DNA from: a virus
Lineage: Duplodnaviria > Caudoviricetes
Reading direction: 5' to 3' (one strand)
IMG/VR virus record: IMGVR_UViG_3300042695_000123
Location: 1 to 61,498 of that record
Length of the DNA stretch: 61,498 nucleotides
In this document: piece by piece, positions 11,303 through 22,263 of the stretch
How the letters are laid out: each line of letters begins with the position of its first letter
How positions within the stretch are numbered: position 1 is the stretch's first letter
The notes under the pieces: model-generated
The model's database searches: none
Told to the model about the DNA's origin: nothing
What the model saw: the letters and a program-made list of their open reading frames with translations, nothing else
Position numbers and translations under genes: made by a program

Positions 11303-12196
11303 ATGGCTACTTTACCCGCAGCAATGACCCCCACAAGCGGTGGCTCATCCTCTTCTACCCTATCCGACTGGGCAGGCCCGTATGTAACCAATATGCTTGG
11401 CAAAGCCCAAGCTATTGCCAATGAGCCTTATCAGGTCTACCAAGGCCCAATGACTGCGGGTGAATCTGGCCTGCAATCTAAGGTGTTTCAGGGCTTGGGC
11501 AATCTGTCCTTCCCCGGCAACTTAGGTCAATCCTTTAGTTCTGCCGGTGCATATGCGCCTCCAACCATGGCTCCCGGTGCGTTTACACCTAGTTCTATAG
11601 GTGCAAATGCTCCAGCCGTAGGAGCGCCTCCTGCTGGTTCTCCTCCTGCTCCAACTGGTATTGCAGCCCAGTACATGAATCCATATTTGCAGTCTGTGCT
11701 TGATCCGCAGATGGCAGAGTTGCGCCGTCAGAATGACATTACCAACATGCAAACCAACGCCAAACTTACAGGCGCAGGCGCTTTCGGTGGTGGCCGTCAG
11801 GCAATCATGAACGCAGAGAACAACCGTAATCTCATGCAAGAGATGAACAAGACTGTGGGTCAAGGCTACGCAAATGCTTATGACAAGGCCATGGCTCAGT
11901 TCAACACCGAGCAAGGCCAAGCCAAGACTCTGGCTGACATGATGTCTGAGCAAGGCGGCCAACAGCGTAACATCGAACAGCAAGGCATCAGCGCAGATTA
12001 CAACGAGTTCCTTGCCCAGCGTGATGATCCAATGAAAAAGACGCAATACTTGCAATCTATGTTGCAAGGTCTGCCTATCTCTACGGTCACCAACACAGCC
12101 GCCCAACAAAGCGGTATTGGTCAGTTAGCTTCTACAGTGGGCGGCTTGGGTTCTATCTTTGATTCGCTCAAGAAATTTAATTTGACTGGCGGTTAA
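11303..12196 (+). CDS. Putative DNA ejection/pilot protein
   Basis: YMNPY and GAFGGGRQ motifs, Gln/Gly-rich. Confidence 0.65.
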   Translation: MATLPAAMTPTSGGSSSSTLSDWAGPYVTNMLGKAQAIANEPYQVYQGPMTAGESGLQSKVFQGLGNLSFPGNLGQSFSSAGAYAPPTMAPGAFTPSSIGANAPAVGAPPAGSPPAPTGIAAQYMNPYLQSVLDPQMAELRRQNDITNMQTNAKLTGAGAFGGGRQAIMNAENNRNLMQEMNKTVGQGYANAYDKAMAQFNTEQGQAKTLADMMSEQGGQQRNIEQQGISADYNEFLAQRDDPMKKTQYLQSMLQGLPISTVTNTAAQQSGIGQLASTVGGLGSIFDSLKKFNLTGG

Positions 12197-12198
12197 AC

Positions 12199-13776
12199 AT
12201 GAATCTGATCCAAGTACAAGAGCACCTCAAAGATTTACCCATGCGGGTAATCATGGAATATGCCAACGGGAAGAGTACTCAGGTTCCTCCCTATTTGGCG
12301 TTGGGAGAACTTAACCGCCGCAAGCAAATGGAGCAATCTGCGAAGACTGCCCAGCCTCCTCAAGGTACAGTCAAAGACAGGATTGAACAAGAGGTGACGG
12401 GCGGCCAGCCTCCCAATCCCATGCAGTCAGCAATGCAAGGCCAGCCTGCTCCCATGGCTATGCCGCAACAACAACCGCAGATGCCTGAAGGTGCTGAACC
12501 CATGCCTCAGATGGCGGGTGGTGGTTTAACTGCGCTGCCAGTGGGTGATATGTTTAAATTCGCTGCCGGTGGTGGCGTTGTGGCTTTTGCCGATGAAGGC
12601 TTGGTACGTGATCCCATGTCTGGCATGGTAATTAGTTCTGACGAACCATCCACCGATGACCGCACCCTCATGGAGCGACTGGGCATCTTTAATCCAGAGA
12701 ACCGCCGCGCCCTTGAGCGCGGTGCGCGTGCAGCCGCTGCCGCCAAAAATCCTCCTAAAGAAGAGCCTAAGAAAGAAGAAAAGAAAGCAGAACAGGGCGG
12801 CGCATATGACCCCGCTACAGCAACTCGTCGAGTTGACTTTATGCAACCACCTCCCGCTCCAGCCGCAGGCATCCCTGCTGCGATTGGTATGCCTAAAGCT
12901 CCCACTTTTGAAAAGCCTGATGTAAATGCATATAGCACGCAACTGGCTGCTTTTAAGAAAGCTAACCCCGGTGCGGTTGGTAGCGAGTTCCAAGGCTTGT
13001 TGGACAAGCTTGCCCAGCAAGATGAAGAAGATCGTGCCAAGTTTCTGACTCAAGAAAAAGGCCGTACACGTGCTGATTTCTGGCAGGCTTTGATTGATGC
13101 GGGTGAGTCTACCCGTGGTCAAAAAGGTCTGGGAGCTTTGTTTGGCGGCTTTGGCCGTTCTGCTATTGCGTCCCAAGCCAAGGCAGATGAGCGTGCAAAC
13201 GCACAGGCCAAGATGCGTCGTGACCAAGAACTCAACATGGCTAAGATGCGTGCTGAACTTGAAGCTGCTCGCCGTGCCGAAGCTCGTGGTGACTTTGAAG
13301 CTGCGTTTAAACATAAGCAAGACGCAGATAAGATTGCTCGTGACATAGAGCAGACCCAGTTCTCCAATAGGGTTGATCTGGCTAAGTTGGCTGAACAGGC
13401 TCGTGGCAACACCATCCAAGCTTCTACTGCCGCTCGTGCCCCTGCGCTCATTCAAATGGCTCAAGAGATTCAGCGCCAAAATGAGGGCATGACTTTCAAT
13501 GAAGCATTGGAGCGAGCAAGCGTGGCACAGCAAGGTGCTCAGTATCAGAACGCAGATGCTCGTCGTCAGCAGGCCATAGATAAGGCGTACCAAGAGGAAC
13601 GTCCATTTGATCCAAAAATGATCGAGTTTATGACTAAAGATCCTGCGGAGAAAAGGCGCATGTTGAAAGAAAATGAAGACGCTTACAACCGGATTCGTGC
13701 TAGATTCGGGGTAGGGCCAGCGGGTCAAACTGCACCCGCTCAAAACATCCCCGGTAAAGTTGAACGAGTTGGATAA
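12199..13776 (+). CDS. Putative ejection protein
   Basis: Helical, Pro/Gln-rich, MAGGG and FAAGG motifs; position in the internal protein block. Confidence 0.65.
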   Translation: MNLIQVQEHLKDLPMRVIMEYANGKSTQVPPYLALGELNRRKQMEQSAKTAQPPQGTVKDRIEQEVTGGQPPNPMQSAMQGQPAPMAMPQQQPQMPEGAEPMPQMAGGGLTALPVGDMFKFAAGGGVVAFADEGLVRDPMSGMVISSDEPSTDDRTLMERLGIFNPENRRALERGARAAAAAKNPPKEEPKKEEKKAEQGGAYDPATATRRVDFMQPPPAPAAGIPAAIGMPKAPTFEKPDVNAYSTQLAAFKKANPGAVGSEFQGLLDKLAQQDEEDRAKFLTQEKGRTRADFWQALIDAGESTRGQKGLGALFGGFGRSAIASQAKADERANAQAKMRRDQELNMAKMRAELEAARRAEARGDFEAAFKHKQDADKIARDIEQTQFSNRVDLAKLAEQARGNTIQASTAARAPALIQMAQEIQRQNEGMTFNEALERASVAQQGAQYQNADARRQQAIDKAYQEERPFDPKMIEFMTKDPAEKRRMLKENEDAYNRIRARFGVGPAGQTAPAQNIPGKVERVG

Positions 13777-13779
13777 CCC

Positions 13780-16700
13780 ATGGCAATTTATCAGTACACC
13801 GCTCCTGATGGACACAAGTATCGCGTAGAGGCTCCAGAGGGCGCTACTGATCAACAGGTGTATGGCCTTGTACTGCAAAATTTTCCATATGCAGGTCAGA
13901 CTACGCAAGAACTTGAGTCTGCCAAAAGAGCGCCAAGTACTTTAAAGGACGTTGGTTTAGCCGCAGGGCAAGGTTTAGCAGGGGGAATTCAGTCCCTTAC
14001 CAATCTTTTTGGTGTTGATAACGCAGCTTCCAGAGCTTTGGGTGATGTACAGCAGTCTGCGTTTGAAGCACTGTCCCCCGCCCGTAAAGAAGAAATTGCA
14101 CGTAGACAAGAACTGCAAGAGCGTGCCAAAGGTAATTTAGGCAAAGAGATTTCTACAGGCATCGGTGGCTTCTTAGAAGCCCCATTGCAGACAGGCATAC
14201 AAGCCTTAACTTCCAGTGCGCCCATTGTTGCCGGTGCTTTGATACCCGGCGGTCAAGTTGCCGCAGGCGCAAGCCTTGGAGCCAGAGCCTTGGCCGGTGC
14301 ACGTGGAGCCGGTGGTATTGGTGGCTTGATGGGCGTGGGTGGTCAGAAAGGCCAAGACTACGAAGCAGTCAAACAGGCCTTGATTAGTCAAGGCGTTGAT
14401 CCTGCTGTGGCAGAACAGAAAGCACAAGAAGCTTCAGCCTATTCATTACAGAATGCTCCCCGCCAGTTATTGGCTGGTGGTGCTGGCGCTTTGGAAGGTG
14501 TATTTGGTGTTGAACAGGTGCTGGCCAATGCGGCTAAAAAGATCAGCAAATCTCCCGGCGCACCATCTCTTGACGCTCCTACGTTTAAACGGGCTGTTGG
14601 TACATCTGTGGTTGGCGAAGCTGTGCCTGAAGCGGTGCAGGCCGGTGTCGGTCAGGTTGGAACTAACATTGCCTTGAATCAGGCTGGTGTGACCACAGAC
14701 CTTACAGAAGGTTTGGCTGGTACAGTGGCTCATGATGCATTGGTTGGCGCAGTATTGGGCCTTGCTGTTTCTCCAGCGCAGATGTCTAATCTGCAACGTC
14801 AACACAGACAGGCCAAGGCAGATGAACAAGCTAGAAAACAAGCTGAGTTTGACCGACAGCAAGAGGCGGCTAATCAAAAAGCAGAAGCCGAGCGTGCTGT
14901 TCTTCAGAAACAGACCGAAGAAATCCGTCAGCAAATGGAGCAACAGCAGGCTATTGCTTTGCCTGCGCCGTCTGAGGAAATCCCCGCTGAAGAAGTTTCA
15001 GCCGATCCGCTCAAGAATCCTTTAGGCAACATCCGTAAGGGAGAAGTACCCTTTGACATCTATAAACAAATCGATGACTACCGCAAGCAGGCTGGACTTC
15101 CCAAGCTCAAGGAGTACTCGATTGAGGACTTTGTGGATGCTATGCCGGGAGTCAACCCCAAGGCCGAGCAAGCTTTGCTTGACGAACTCATTACCGCTAA
15201 GTCTGGTTATGCCGGTGAGAAATACACCGCAGAAGATGTCATCAACCAAGCCAAGCGTAAGAACGTTGAAACAAAGACACAAGGCTTTACCGACTTCTTA
15301 GCCCGGACAACTGGTGTAAACGCACTAGAGAAAATGTCCCAGCCGCAGCTACATGCTGCGTTTAAAGCATTGGCTAACCTGCCAGAAGGCACAGATTTAA
15401 ACATCCTACCCGAAGGCACTAACGCACGCCGGTTTGATGAGAAGCAATACAACAACGCCCTTAAGGGTGTGGACATGTTGCTCAATGATTTGGGTGCTCC
15501 TGTTGACCCCAAGCAAGTGATCAACACCATCAAGGAATACACCAACCTTACAGAAGATTCGCACGCTGGCGCTATTCTGGATGCGGCCATTAAGAATGGT
15601 GACGTGGATCTGATCAAGACTCCCCGTTACGAAGTCTTTGATCCTAAGACCGGTAAGGCTCTGCCTTCCACCTACACATCCAAGACCGCTGCACAGGCTG
15701 CTGCCCAGAAGCGTGGTTTAAACGTTAGGCAGATTACAACTGATGCCATCGCTGCGCCGTCAACCTCCGCCACGCTGCCCGAAGGATTTGACATCCGTGA
15801 AGGTGCGTTTAAAGAGGGTGAAGCCCCAGCAGGCTTTGATGTGCTGGCCGGGGACGAAGTCCTGTTTAAAGCCAACACCATCGATGAAGCCAACGCCAAG
15901 AAGGACAGCTTTGAGCGTACCCGTGCCGGTATGGCTAACACTCGTGAGAATCAAATCACGCAGCTAAACAACGCCATCGAAGCCAGCCAGAAGCGTTTAA
16001 ACACTATGGAAGCTCAAGGTAAAGGTCAAACGACCGGTTACCAGAAAGCCGCTGGTAAGCACGCCAAACTGGTTGCAGACACTCAGGCAAAGATTGCCGC
16101 CCTGACAGAAGAGATCGCCAAGTTCGATCCTAAAACCACACCTCTCACAGTCAAGCCATCAGGCACTAAGTCCATTGGCCGTAAAGGCTACACAGTGTTT
16201 GAACAGGCTCAGGCAAGGGCTACCTACCCATCTAGACAAGCGGCTGAAGAAGGCATCTTGTCCGAGATGTCTGACAAGCAATTGCAAGAGCTTGCCCAAC
16301 AGCAAGGCCGTCGTGCTATTGGTAAGAAGGCTCAGGCTGAACTCGAACGCAGAACTCCTAAGGCTCCTACAGAAGCAGAAGCCAAACAGTTTGCCAGACA
16401 AAAGCCTGTCTCTGAAGTACTGAAGGGTATTGAAGAGAAGCAAGCCAAAGCCGAAGAAGCCAAGAAAACTCCCGGTGCTGACGAGCGTATTGCTCAGTTT
16501 GAAGCCTTACTCAAGCCCATGCTCAAGAAGTTTGGCTTGGGTGATGTTGGCTTAAAGATTGTAGAAGACCTGAATGCCGAAGGATCTTACAGCAAGAACC
16601 TAATCAAGATTGCTCTTGGCTTGCAAGACCCAATGAGGGTTCTGCGCCATGAGTCCATCCACGCCCTGAAAGAACTTGGGTTCTTTACGCCAGAGCAGTG

Positions 16701-19700
16701 GAAAGCTCTTACGCGCATGGCTAATGACCAGTGGATTGATCAGTTCCTGAAGAAGCGTAAAGCCAACCTTGATGGTCAGAACATGACCCGTTACGACGCT
16801 TACTTCAAGCTGTACAAGGGCAACAAGGACATGATCATGGAGGAGGCAATCGCTGATGCGTTTGCTTACTACGCCGAGACTAAACCACCAGCAGGAATGC
16901 TGGCAGCTTTGTTTAAACGTATGCAGGACTTCTTCACTGCGCTGCGTAATGCATTGAACGGTGCAGGCTTCCAGACCTACGAAGATGTATTTGGCAAGAT
17001 TGAGCGTGGCGAGTTGAAGGCTGGGACAGCTACACAGGGCGGTGAAAAATTTAGTGTTGCTCCGGAAGGAATACCTCAAAAGCTTTGGGATTTGCATAAC
17101 AAAGCTATGGCCGCTGATGAGGCGGCTAGTACTTGGAACGCTGGCTCCAGAAAAGCAAACGCAACCAAAGCAAGCAATCGTTTAGTTCGGGCTGTGGATG
17201 AATATTTCCCTGATGATTATCAGGCGCAAATGGACATCATGACCAGAATGAATGAAGAATCTAACAAGCGTGGCGAAGGTTTCTTTGGCACTACAAAGTT
17301 TAGTCTCTTCCCCGAAGGCGCTCCTCTGTCTACACGCAAGGTCATGGAGGCTGAGGACACCGCTGCGCGTGAAGCACTAGGTTTAAACACCACATCCAAA
17401 CGCGGCAGGTACAACAACGTCCGGGAAATCGCTCGTGCTTTAAACAACGATACGCTGAAGAACTTCGGCCCGATGGATCGCAAGCAGTTGACAGACGATG
17501 ATGTTGTCAAGATTGCTAACGCCATCGCTGATGAGGTGTCTTATCAGTTGGGCACAACCGCAGAAACCGGAACTGGTTTAGGTTGGTACTCAAACAACTA
17601 CCCCAACGCTGTCAAGCGTTTACAGTCCCGCTTCCCTGAGTTGGCTGACAACAAGCACGCCCGTTCAGTGTTCTCTGCCATCGTAGCCGTTACATCCAAT
17701 GGCGAGAAGGTAACCAAGAACATCGACAACGCAGTGCAGTTGTATTCCAAGCTTCGTGAAGGCAAGACCATGGTTGCCATGGGCAACCGCAGAGCCAGTG
17801 CTTTGGAGAACAACCTCCGCACCATCGAGCGTTTGCTTGAAGACCACGGCCAAGACTTTGAGAAGCATCTCTTGCAAGAGATCACAGTCAAAGACATGAA
17901 CGCTCGTCTGCGTGAGATGGGTGAGAAATCTGACGGAAGCTATCTGGCCGACACAGTTGTGCCACGTGCGGCTATCTACTTTGGCCCTAAACTGGGTGCG
18001 TTCTACGCTAACCTCTCAGGCTCAGAAGGCTACCTGACCATGGATCTGTGGTGGACTCGTTCCATCAACCGGATGCGTGGTCTGTTGATTCCTAAAGCCA
18101 CAGAAGCTTCTATTGAGAAGTTCCGTGACATGATGGGTCAGCCTGAGGCTGATCGTGATGAAGTGGCGGCGGCGGCTATTCCTCTGCGTAACAAGTACAA
18201 AGACTACGGCTTTACCACCGAACTTGAATACATCGCAGGCGGCAAAGAGCCAAGCACCAAGGCCAACAAGGATGCATGGTTTAAACGCGCAGAGAAGGCA
18301 GCCGGGGATGCTTACGAGCAGATGCTGTTTGAACACAACCTTGAGAAGATGGCTAACACCATCTACAAGAACGAATATGAGATGCTGGAAGAGGCTCCGT
18401 TTACAGCCACTGACCGAGCATTCATGTACAAGGCCGCACGTAACGCACAGAACACGTTGCGTAAAAGCGGCATTGACTTAACTTTGGCTGACATTCAGGC
18501 GGCTCTTTGGTACTATGAGAAACGCCTGTATGGCAAATTGAGCGGAGTAAAAGCAGATGACATCGGATATGAAGAAGCAATCATCGCCCAGTCCCGTGAG
18601 GGTGGTGGACGAGCAAGACCCTCTGTGGTCTTCGGTCGAGGATCTGACGGTGGGACTGACACCGGACGAGAGGTACAACGTGCTGAAGAAGCTGGACGAA
18701 AGCCTGCCGACGGCGAAAGACTGAGTCTTCAAGAAGCGTCTACTAATGTGCCTGCCGAGCCGGGCACAGAACCAATCCCTGATGGGATGGTTCGTTTGTA
18801 TCACCAGACAGATGCTAAATCTTTGGACAAGATTTCCAAAGAGGGCTTGTCGATTAAATATGCCAAAGGTATTGAAGGCCCGAAAGCTATTTATGCTGGA
18901 GAGCAACCGTTCTATGGCGCGGCAGATTCTCGCCCAACTTTAGAGTTCTATGTACCTAAGGCGCAGTGGGACGCTCCGTTTGTGCTTAAGGATGTACAGC
19001 CCGATCAGATTATTGCGGCTCATTATCCTTGGCATAAAACTGCCCGTTACTTAGAATCAGAGCCTGATTCCATGCAGAATGCATTAGACGGCCAGTTTGA
19101 CGATCTTAAAGATGAGGACACCGTCAAGGCTGTTCAATACATTAAGGACAAATACGGCAAGACTGACGAGCGCTTTAGCCTGCGTGAAGCACCCGACACG
19201 GCTGAGTTCAAAGAATGGTTTGGCGACAGCATGATGGTTGACAAAGACGGCAAGCCTAAGATTCTGTATCACGGAACAAGGAGTGACGTAGACACCTTCA
19301 AGGTGGGCGATGGTGCGTTTGGCCGTGGCATCTATGTGACTGAATACATCGATAGGACTAAGCAGTACTGGGGTGGCTTTGGCAAGATGGGCGAGACTGG
19401 TGGCCCACAGGGCGGCAACATCATGCCTATCTATGTCCGTATGGTTAATCCTAAGGTCATGGATACAGACATCTTTAAAGTCAAGCGCCCTGATGGCTCA
19501 AAAGTTGATCCGAGTCAGGCGGCTAAATACATTACGGATCAAGCTATTGCTGAAGGCTACGATGGCATCGTCAATATGTCCAACGGCAAAGTTTGGGAAG
19601 CGGTTGTCTTCAGCCCTGACCAAATCAAATCTGCTATCGGCAACAGCGGTGCGTACAGCAAGTACAACCCAAGCACCCGTTACAGCCTGCGTGACTCCAC

Positions 19701-22263
19701 CGACCCAGATATTGTTGGTCGTGTAAACGAGACAACAACCAGCCGGGAAGAGACTGGTTATGTAGATCGCATCACGAGAGCCTTCAGCGGAGACTCATTC
19801 TCTACATTGCGTCAGCAAGCTTTAAACAGATACCAGCGTCTTGCTGAGTACGACAAAGAACTAGCCGACCGCATGGGTGGCGTGCAGTTGATGGCTGATG
19901 CCAGTGCCGAAGCCGGAGCCTTGCAGTCTGACTTGGCCGCAGGCGTAACTGCATCTGCGTTAGGTGTTCATGACCGCAACGGCGGTATCCCTGTCTACGC
20001 CAATGGTGTAACTAAGGTGTTCAATGACAACGGCAAGATCAAAGGCCCAGTGGCTATCTTTGCCCCGCTGTCTAAGTACAACGATCCATTCGTTTATCAG
20101 CTTTACCAGTTCTGGGCTGCTGCCCAGCGCGGCTCTCGTTTAAACGCAGAAGGCCGTAAGGACATTTTCACCGAACCTGACCTGAAGAAAGCCGCGAAGT
20201 TATTGGAAGACTATCCTGAGTTTGAGCAGATCCAAAAGGAGTGGACTGTTTACAACAATGGACTGATGCAGTTCTTGGTGGATACAGGCGTTCTGTCTGA
20301 AGGTGATCGTGCCAAGTTCATTGAACATTCTGATTACATCCCGTTCTATCGTCAGATGGACGGAGAGACAACCATCGGGCCAAACTTGTTCCAGTCTATC
20401 TCTGGAGTCAAGAAGCCTAAGAAGCTTAAGTCAAGCGAGGAGAAGCCACCTCTGGCCGACTTCCTTGAAACGATTGTCCGTAACACGCAGTCTTCTATCC
20501 AGATGGGTATGAAGAACGTAGCGGCAAAGCGTGCCATTGACGTAGCCATGAAGATCGACATGGCCGAGCGTCTACCGCCTAACGCCAAGACAGGACTCGA
20601 CACAGTTCAGGTACTGGAGAACGGCCAAGTCGTCACTTATCAAGTCGCTGACCCGTTGTTCATCGAGGCTGTTAAGAGTTTAAACATGCCTGACCTGCCG
20701 TTCATCGGCCTGCTGTCCGGCCCTGCAAACTTCTTGCGTAACATGGTTACCAAGGATCCCGGATTCATGTTGGCTAACATGGTTCGTGACTCAATGGCCG
20801 CATTCGTTACAAGCGGTGTAAAGATGACTCCGGTGGTTGACACCATCAAGAACTTCGGCAGAGCCATGGCAAACACTTCGCCAGAGTACGAGGCGCTTTT
20901 AAACGCTGGTATCTTGGGCGGCTATGAGTTCTCTCAAAACATCGAGACGAGCGCTGAGGCTTTTGAGCGTGAGCTTAAGAAGAAATACTCCGGCAAGACG
21001 AACTTTGAGCGCCTCCTCAACCCCATGACTGCGCCTAGAGCGTTGTGGGATATGCTGGAGAAAGGCACAACTGCATCTGACGCTGCCACGAGGATGGAGG
21101 TGTATAAACGCACCCTCGCAGAAACCGGTAACGAGGCAGAGGCCCTGCACCGTGCTTTGGAAGTTATGAACTTTAACCGCAAGGGAAGTTCTGCCGTGGT
21201 GCGTATCATGACAGCGGCCATCCCGTTCTTGAACGCCCGTATGCAAGGCTTGGATGTTCTGTACCGTGCCGGTATCAGCCCCACGTTCCGTAAGTATGCC
21301 TATGGCGACACAGCCACAGACAGAGCCAAAGCAGTACAGAAAGCTTTCATTGTCCGTGGTTTGACCATGGCGGCTCTCTCTGCCATGTACTGGACTCTGA
21401 CCCATGACGATGAAGAGTACAAGCGTCAGGAACAGGAAACCAAGGACAACAACTGGCTGATCCCATCCTTGGGCATCAAGATCCCAATCCCGTTTGAGAT
21501 TGGTGTGATCTTCAAGGTCATCCCTGAGCGCATTATGGCTAGGACTTTGGGTGAGGATACAAACAAAGACTTCATGGACTCCATGGCTAGGAATCTGCGT
21601 TCGACACTGGCCATTGACTACTTACCGCAGACCATCAAGCCTTTTGTGGAGACACAGACTAACTTCTCGCTGTTTACACAAAGGCCTATTGTTGGCCAAG
21701 GTCTTGAAGGAGTTGCCCCGGAGTATCAAGTTGGCCCCGGAACTTCATCGCTTGCCGCTGGTCTAGGTTCTACCTTGGGCATGTCGCCCATGAAGATTGA
21801 CCATCTGATAGGCGGCTACACTGGAACGATTGGCATGTACATGGTCAGCGCCTTGGATGGCATCATGAACATGAACGCCGAGAATCCTAATGCGTCTAAA
21901 CGCTTTGAGCAGATGCCGTTCATCAAACGCTTTGCGTTGGATCCAGAGGCCAGAGGTACGGTCACCAGCTACTACGATCTGAAGAACGCCACAGACGAGG
22001 CCGTCAGAACTTCTAACTTGTTAGAGCGCACGATGGACTTCGAGGAACGTAACAAGTTCATGAGAGACAACATTAGGATGTTGGCTAACAAGGACTACAT
22101 CCTTGATCTAGAGAAGACCATGAAAGAGTTCCGTCAGGCTCAGGTCATGATCCGCAGTTCTAAGATGGATGCCGATGCCAAGCGGGATGCCTTGCTGAGA
22201 ATCAACCAAGCTCAGAATGCAATCACCGCCAACATCAACATGCTAAAAGCTAACGTAATGTAA
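13780..22263 (+). CDS. 2827-aa large polyvalent protein: zincin peptidase, glycosylase-like domain, two ADP-ribosyltransferase-like domains, LPD38-like C-terminus
   Basis: HESIH...EEAIADAF; GWY/PKLGAFYANL/TMDLWW/DIQAALW; LYHQTD...GLS...IY; FKEWFGDS...LYHGT...GIYVT...GYDG...QIKSA; IPFLNARMQG...IPIPFEIG. Confidence 0.75.
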   Translation: MAIYQYTAPDGHKYRVEAPEGATDQQVYGLVLQNFPYAGQTTQELESAKRAPSTLKDVGLAAGQGLAGGIQSLTNLFGVDNAASRALGDVQQSAFEALSPARKEEIARRQELQERAKGNLGKEISTGIGGFLEAPLQTGIQALTSSAPIVAGALIPGGQVAAGASLGARALAGARGAGGIGGLMGVGGQKGQDYEAVKQALISQGVDPAVAEQKAQEASAYSLQNAPRQLLAGGAGALEGVFGVEQVLANAAKKISKSPGAPSLDAPTFKRAVGTSVVGEAVPEAVQAGVGQVGTNIALNQAGVTTDLTEGLAGTVAHDALVGAVLGLAVSPAQMSNLQRQHRQAKADEQARKQAEFDRQQEAANQKAEAERAVLQKQTEEIRQQMEQQQAIALPAPSEEIPAEEVSADPLKNPLGNIRKGEVPFDIYKQIDDYRKQAGLPKLKEYSIEDFVDAMPGVNPKAEQALLDELITAKSGYAGEKYTAEDVINQAKRKNVETKTQGFTDFLARTTGVNALEKMSQPQLHAAFKALANLPEGTDLNILPEGTNARRFDEKQYNNALKGVDMLLNDLGAPVDPKQVINTIKEYTNLTEDSHAGAILDAAIKNGDVDLIKTPRYEVFDPKTGKALPSTYTSKTAAQAAAQKRGLNVRQITTDAIAAPSTSATLPEGFDIREGAFKEGEAPAGFDVLAGDEVLFKANTIDEANAKKDSFERTRAGMANTRENQITQLNNAIEASQKRLNTMEAQGKGQTTGYQKAAGKHAKLVADTQAKIAALTEEIAKFDPKTTPLTVKPSGTKSIGRKGYTVFEQAQARATYPSRQAAEEGILSEMSDKQLQELAQQQGRRAIGKKAQAELERRTPKAPTEAEAKQFARQKPVSEVLKGIEEKQAKAEEAKKTPGADERIAQFEALLKPMLKKFGLGDVGLKIVEDLNAEGSYSKNLIKIALGLQDPMRVLRHESIHALKELGFFTPEQWKALTRMANDQWIDQFLKKRKANLDGQNMTRYDAYFKLYKGNKDMIMEEAIADAFAYYAETKPPAGMLAALFKRMQDFFTALRNALNGAGFQTYEDVFGKIERGELKAGTATQGGEKFSVAPEGIPQKLWDLHNKAMAADEAASTWNAGSRKANATKASNRLVRAVDEYFPDDYQAQMDIMTRMNEESNKRGEGFFGTTKFSLFPEGAPLSTRKVMEAEDTAAREALGLNTTSKRGRYNNVREIARALNNDTLKNFGPMDRKQLTDDDVVKIANAIADEVSYQLGTTAETGTGLGWYSNNYPNAVKRLQSRFPELADNKHARSVFSAIVAVTSNGEKVTKNIDNAVQLYSKLREGKTMVAMGNRRASALENNLRTIERLLEDHGQDFEKHLLQEITVKDMNARLREMGEKSDGSYLADTVVPRAAIYFGPKLGAFYANLSGSEGYLTMDLWWTRSINRMRGLLIPKATEASIEKFRDMMGQPEADRDEVAAAAIPLRNKYKDYGFTTELEYIAGGKEPSTKANKDAWFKRAEKAAGDAYEQMLFEHNLEKMANTIYKNEYEMLEEAPFTATDRAFMYKAARNAQNTLRKSGIDLTLADIQAALWYYEKRLYGKLSGVKADDIGYEEAIIAQSREGGGRARPSVVFGRGSDGGTDTGREVQRAEEAGRKPADGERLSLQEASTNVPAEPGTEPIPDGMVRLYHQTDAKSLDKISKEGLSIKYAKGIEGPKAIYAGEQPFYGAADSRPTLEFYVPKAQWDAPFVLKDVQPDQIIAAHYPWHKTARYLESEPDSMQNALDGQFDDLKDEDTVKAVQYIKDKYGKTDERFSLREAPDTAEFKEWFGDSMMVDKDGKPKILYHGTRSDVDTFKVGDGAFGRGIYVTEYIDRTKQYWGGFGKMGETGGPQGGNIMPIYVRMVNPKVMDTDIFKVKRPDGSKVDPSQAAKYITDQAIAEGYDGIVNMSNGKVWEAVVFSPDQIKSAIGNSGAYSKYNPSTRYSLRDSTDPDIVGRVNETTTSREETGYVDRITRAFSGDSFSTLRQQALNRYQRLAEYDKELADRMGGVQLMADASAEAGALQSDLAAGVTASALGVHDRNGGIPVYANGVTKVFNDNGKIKGPVAIFAPLSKYNDPFVYQLYQFWAAAQRGSRLNAEGRKDIFTEPDLKKAAKLLEDYPEFEQIQKEWTVYNNGLMQFLVDTGVLSEGDRAKFIEHSDYIPFYRQMDGETTIGPNLFQSISGVKKPKKLKSSEEKPPLADFLETIVRNTQSSIQMGMKNVAAKRAIDVAMKIDMAERLPPNAKTGLDTVQVLENGQVVTYQVADPLFIEAVKSLNMPDLPFIGLLSGPANFLRNMVTKDPGFMLANMVRDSMAAFVTSGVKMTPVVDTIKNFGRAMANTSPEYEALLNAGILGGYEFSQNIETSAEAFERELKKKYSGKTNFERLLNPMTAPRALWDMLEKGTTASDAATRMEVYKRTLAETGNEAEALHRALEVMNFNRKGSSAVVRIMTAAIPFLNARMQGLDVLYRAGISPTFRKYAYGDTATDRAKAVQKAFIVRGLTMAALSAMYWTLTHDDEEYKRQEQETKDNNWLIPSLGIKIPIPFEIGVIFKVIPERIMARTLGEDTNKDFMDSMARNLRSTLAIDYLPQTIKPFVETQTNFSLFTQRPIVGQGLEGVAPEYQVGPGTSSLAAGLGSTLGMSPMKIDHLIGGYTGTIGMYMVSALDGIMNMNAENPNASKRFEQMPFIKRFALDPEARGTVTSYYDLKNATDEAVRTSNLLERTMDFEERNKFMRDNIRMLANKDYILDLEKTMKEFRQAQVMIRSSKMDADAKRDALLRINQAQNAITANINMLKANVM

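Noticed and set aside
12526-13908. 460-aa antisense ORF and other shadow ORFs
   Set aside because: They lie opposite convincing genes, lack motifs and are explained by codon bias.
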